Translations under genes and position numbers: made by a program
The notes under the pieces: generated by a model
The model's input: only the letters and a program-made list of their open reading frames with translations
What the model was told of the DNA's origin: nothing
Database searches by the model: none
In this document: piece after piece, positions 62,246 to 64,000 of the stretch
How positions within the stretch are numbered: the stretch's first letter is position 1
How the letters are laid out: each line of letters opens with the position of its first letter
Assembly (NCBI RefSeq): GCF_009914755.1
Contig: NC_060925.1
DNA length: 64,000 nt
DNA from: the human T2T-CHM13v2.0 reference genome, Homo sapiens
Strand: one strand, 5' to 3'

Positions 62246-62817
62246 GACAACCTAAGTGTCCATCGGCCGGGAAATGGATTAACAAAAATGTGGCATATAG
62301 ACACCATGGAATACTCTTTGGCCATAGAAAAGAACGAAATCCTCTGGTCTGCAGCAACAGAGGCGGAGCTAAAGGTCACGATGGAACATCAAACGAGCCG
62401 GGCACAGAAAGACAGAGAGGGCAGGTTCTTACTCCAATCCTGGGAGCTCAAAATGTTCACCTTGTGGAGGTAGAGAGTAGAACGATAGACACCAGAGGCT
62501 GGAGAGGGTGTGTGGGTGACTGCGGTGAAGAGAGGTTGGTGAAATGGGTCCGAGCATGCGTTTGGATGGAGGGAATACGTTCCAATAATGTTCTAAGGCG
62601 GAGTAGGGCGACTAGGGGTAACAACGATGTATTAGTGCTTGTTTCCGAAGAGCTCCTGGAAGACAGCACCTGAGATGCTCCCAACAGGTAGAGATGACAG
62701 ATACCCACGGGATGGATGCCCTACATCCCCTCAGTTGACCATCGATCACTACGCGATGTACACGCGTTACCACACGTCACAGGAATCCCATGGATATCAT
62801 GTCCGCATGAAGAAAAA
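62246..62817 (+). mobile_element. L1MA-like 3' fragment, unit 9
   Basis: Copy of 3069-3640. Confidence 0.85.
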
Positions 62818-63450
62818 CATAGTCATGCTGCCAGGGTGATTGTCGCAGCTCTGCCTCCCTAGGGCTATGGCCCGTGGTCTCGGCTCCTCAAGTTCCGCTG
62901 CCATTACTACCAAAGCCGCTGACACCCGTGGAGCCCAATCACGGATCCCACGCCTTGGGAAAGCCAGTGCGCTTGCTGACATGAGTGGCTCTGGCGGGTG
63001 GCCCAACCATTAGGCGCAGATCCCCCGCAGCCGAGAGAGAAGTGGCCCGTCAGCCACTCGGCTTGGCTTGGCAGAAGCCGCTCCGCTCGAGAGTCCTGGC
63101 CCATCCCGTGGCCAGCCGAGAGTGCGAGGGTGGCGGTGGTGGTGGTGGCGGGTCACCTGGCGGCCATGGGAGGAGAAAGCCTGACCTGGCCAGTGGGCTT
63201 TGCCGCTGACAAAGAGTGGGAGCGAGGCGAGCACCTGACAAGGAAGGGCTGTGAAGCTGATGTTGCGAAGGTGGCGCCAGCGAGGCCAAAAGGAGGGATG
63301 GGTGGAGGTAGACGGGGAGCGTTGGGGCGGCGCACGTGGAAGCCGCGGGAGGTTGTGGCTGGGGCGCGGGAGAAGCGAGCCAGCCTGTTGGTCAAAAGGG
63401 GAGGTGTGAAGGGGCCTGGCAGTTGGCAGGCAGAGCCAACGAAGGAAGGC

Positions 63451-63522
63451 TTCCCTGACCGGGAATCGAACCCGGGCCGCGGCGGTGAGAGCGCCGAATC
63501 CTAACCACTAGACCACCAGGGA
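63451..63522 (-). tRNA. TRE-CTC1: tRNA-Glu(CTC), unit 9
   Basis: Identical to the unit 1 copy. Confidence 0.97.
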
Positions 63523-63808
63523 GAGGCGGCTTCAGGGCCCGGCTTGCGCCTCCTGGCCCCAGCGCCTCTGGCCCCAGCACTGGGCGCTACCTTGGCGCCT
63601 GTCCCCTGCTTCGCTTTAAAACAAACACCCGCAACCAGCCCCCGCGACGCCGGCGGCAACCGGCCTGCCCTCACGAGCAGCTCTGGCCCTGTTCGCAGCA
63701 CACCCTCCAAACACCGCGCGCCTCCTTCCCCGGCGCACAGGCACGCAGCCACAGGCCAAGCTGCGACGCGAGCTCCGCGACGGGGACCTCCGCAAAAGGT
63801 CCGCCCGC

Positions 63809-63880
63809 TGCGTTGGCCGGGAATCGAACCCGGGTCAACTGCTTGGAAGGCAGCTATGCTCACCACTATACCACCAACGC
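63809..63880 (-). tRNA. TRG-TCC2: tRNA-Gly(TCC), unit 9
   Basis: Identical to the unit 1 copy. Confidence 0.97.
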
Positions 63881-64000
63881 CGCACGGCGCGGGCAGCCCC
63901 GCCGCGCCGGCCCGGGGCTCCCACCAGCGCGCCGCCGACGCCCGGGGCAGGCCGGCCCCGACGCCCGGTCCGTCCGCCCGCCCGCAGCTCCGCGCTGCCG

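Larger units (their letters stand above)
1..64000. repeat. ~7.4-kb tandem tRNA-gene macrosatellite (VNTR), 8 full units + partial 9th; matches human 1q23.3 tDNA array
   Basis: Near-identical sequence and ORF pattern recurs at 1, 7397, 14785, 22182, 29583, 36978, 44379, 51780, 59184 (unit lengths 7396, 7388, 7397, 7401, 7395, 7401, 7401, 7404); five tRNA genes per unit; both window ends lie inside the array. Confidence 0.98.

Noticed and set aside
1-64000. CRISPR array, prophage or prokaryotic operon
   Set aside because: Eukaryotic tRNAs without encoded CCA, primate transposons and no repeat-spacer structure

Overview
The whole window is a head-to-tail tandem array of a ~7.4-kb GC/CpG-rich unit: 8 complete units plus a partial 9th, starting at 1, 7397, 14785, 22182, 29583, 36978, 44379, 51780 and 59184. 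Each unit carries five Pol III tRNA genes: Gly-GCC(+), Glu-CTC(-), Gly-TCC(-), Asp-GTC(-) and Leu-CAG(+), 43 in total. Each unit also has a 5'-portion MER11A-type (HERV-K HML-8) LTR fused to an old L1MA-type 3' fragment, plus several microsatellites. The tRNA sequences and organisation match the human chr1q23.3 tRNA VNTR/macrosatellite, as I recall it. There is no credible protein-coding gene; the ORFs are GC-rich artefacts repeated per unit. The most interesting signals lie between units: a variant tRNA-Glu(CTC) (C44U) in units 4-5, a weakened Asp terminator in units 2-3, two sequence subtypes with paired neighbouring units, and an apparent AT-to-GC bias in the transposon relics that suggests GC-biased gene conversion.
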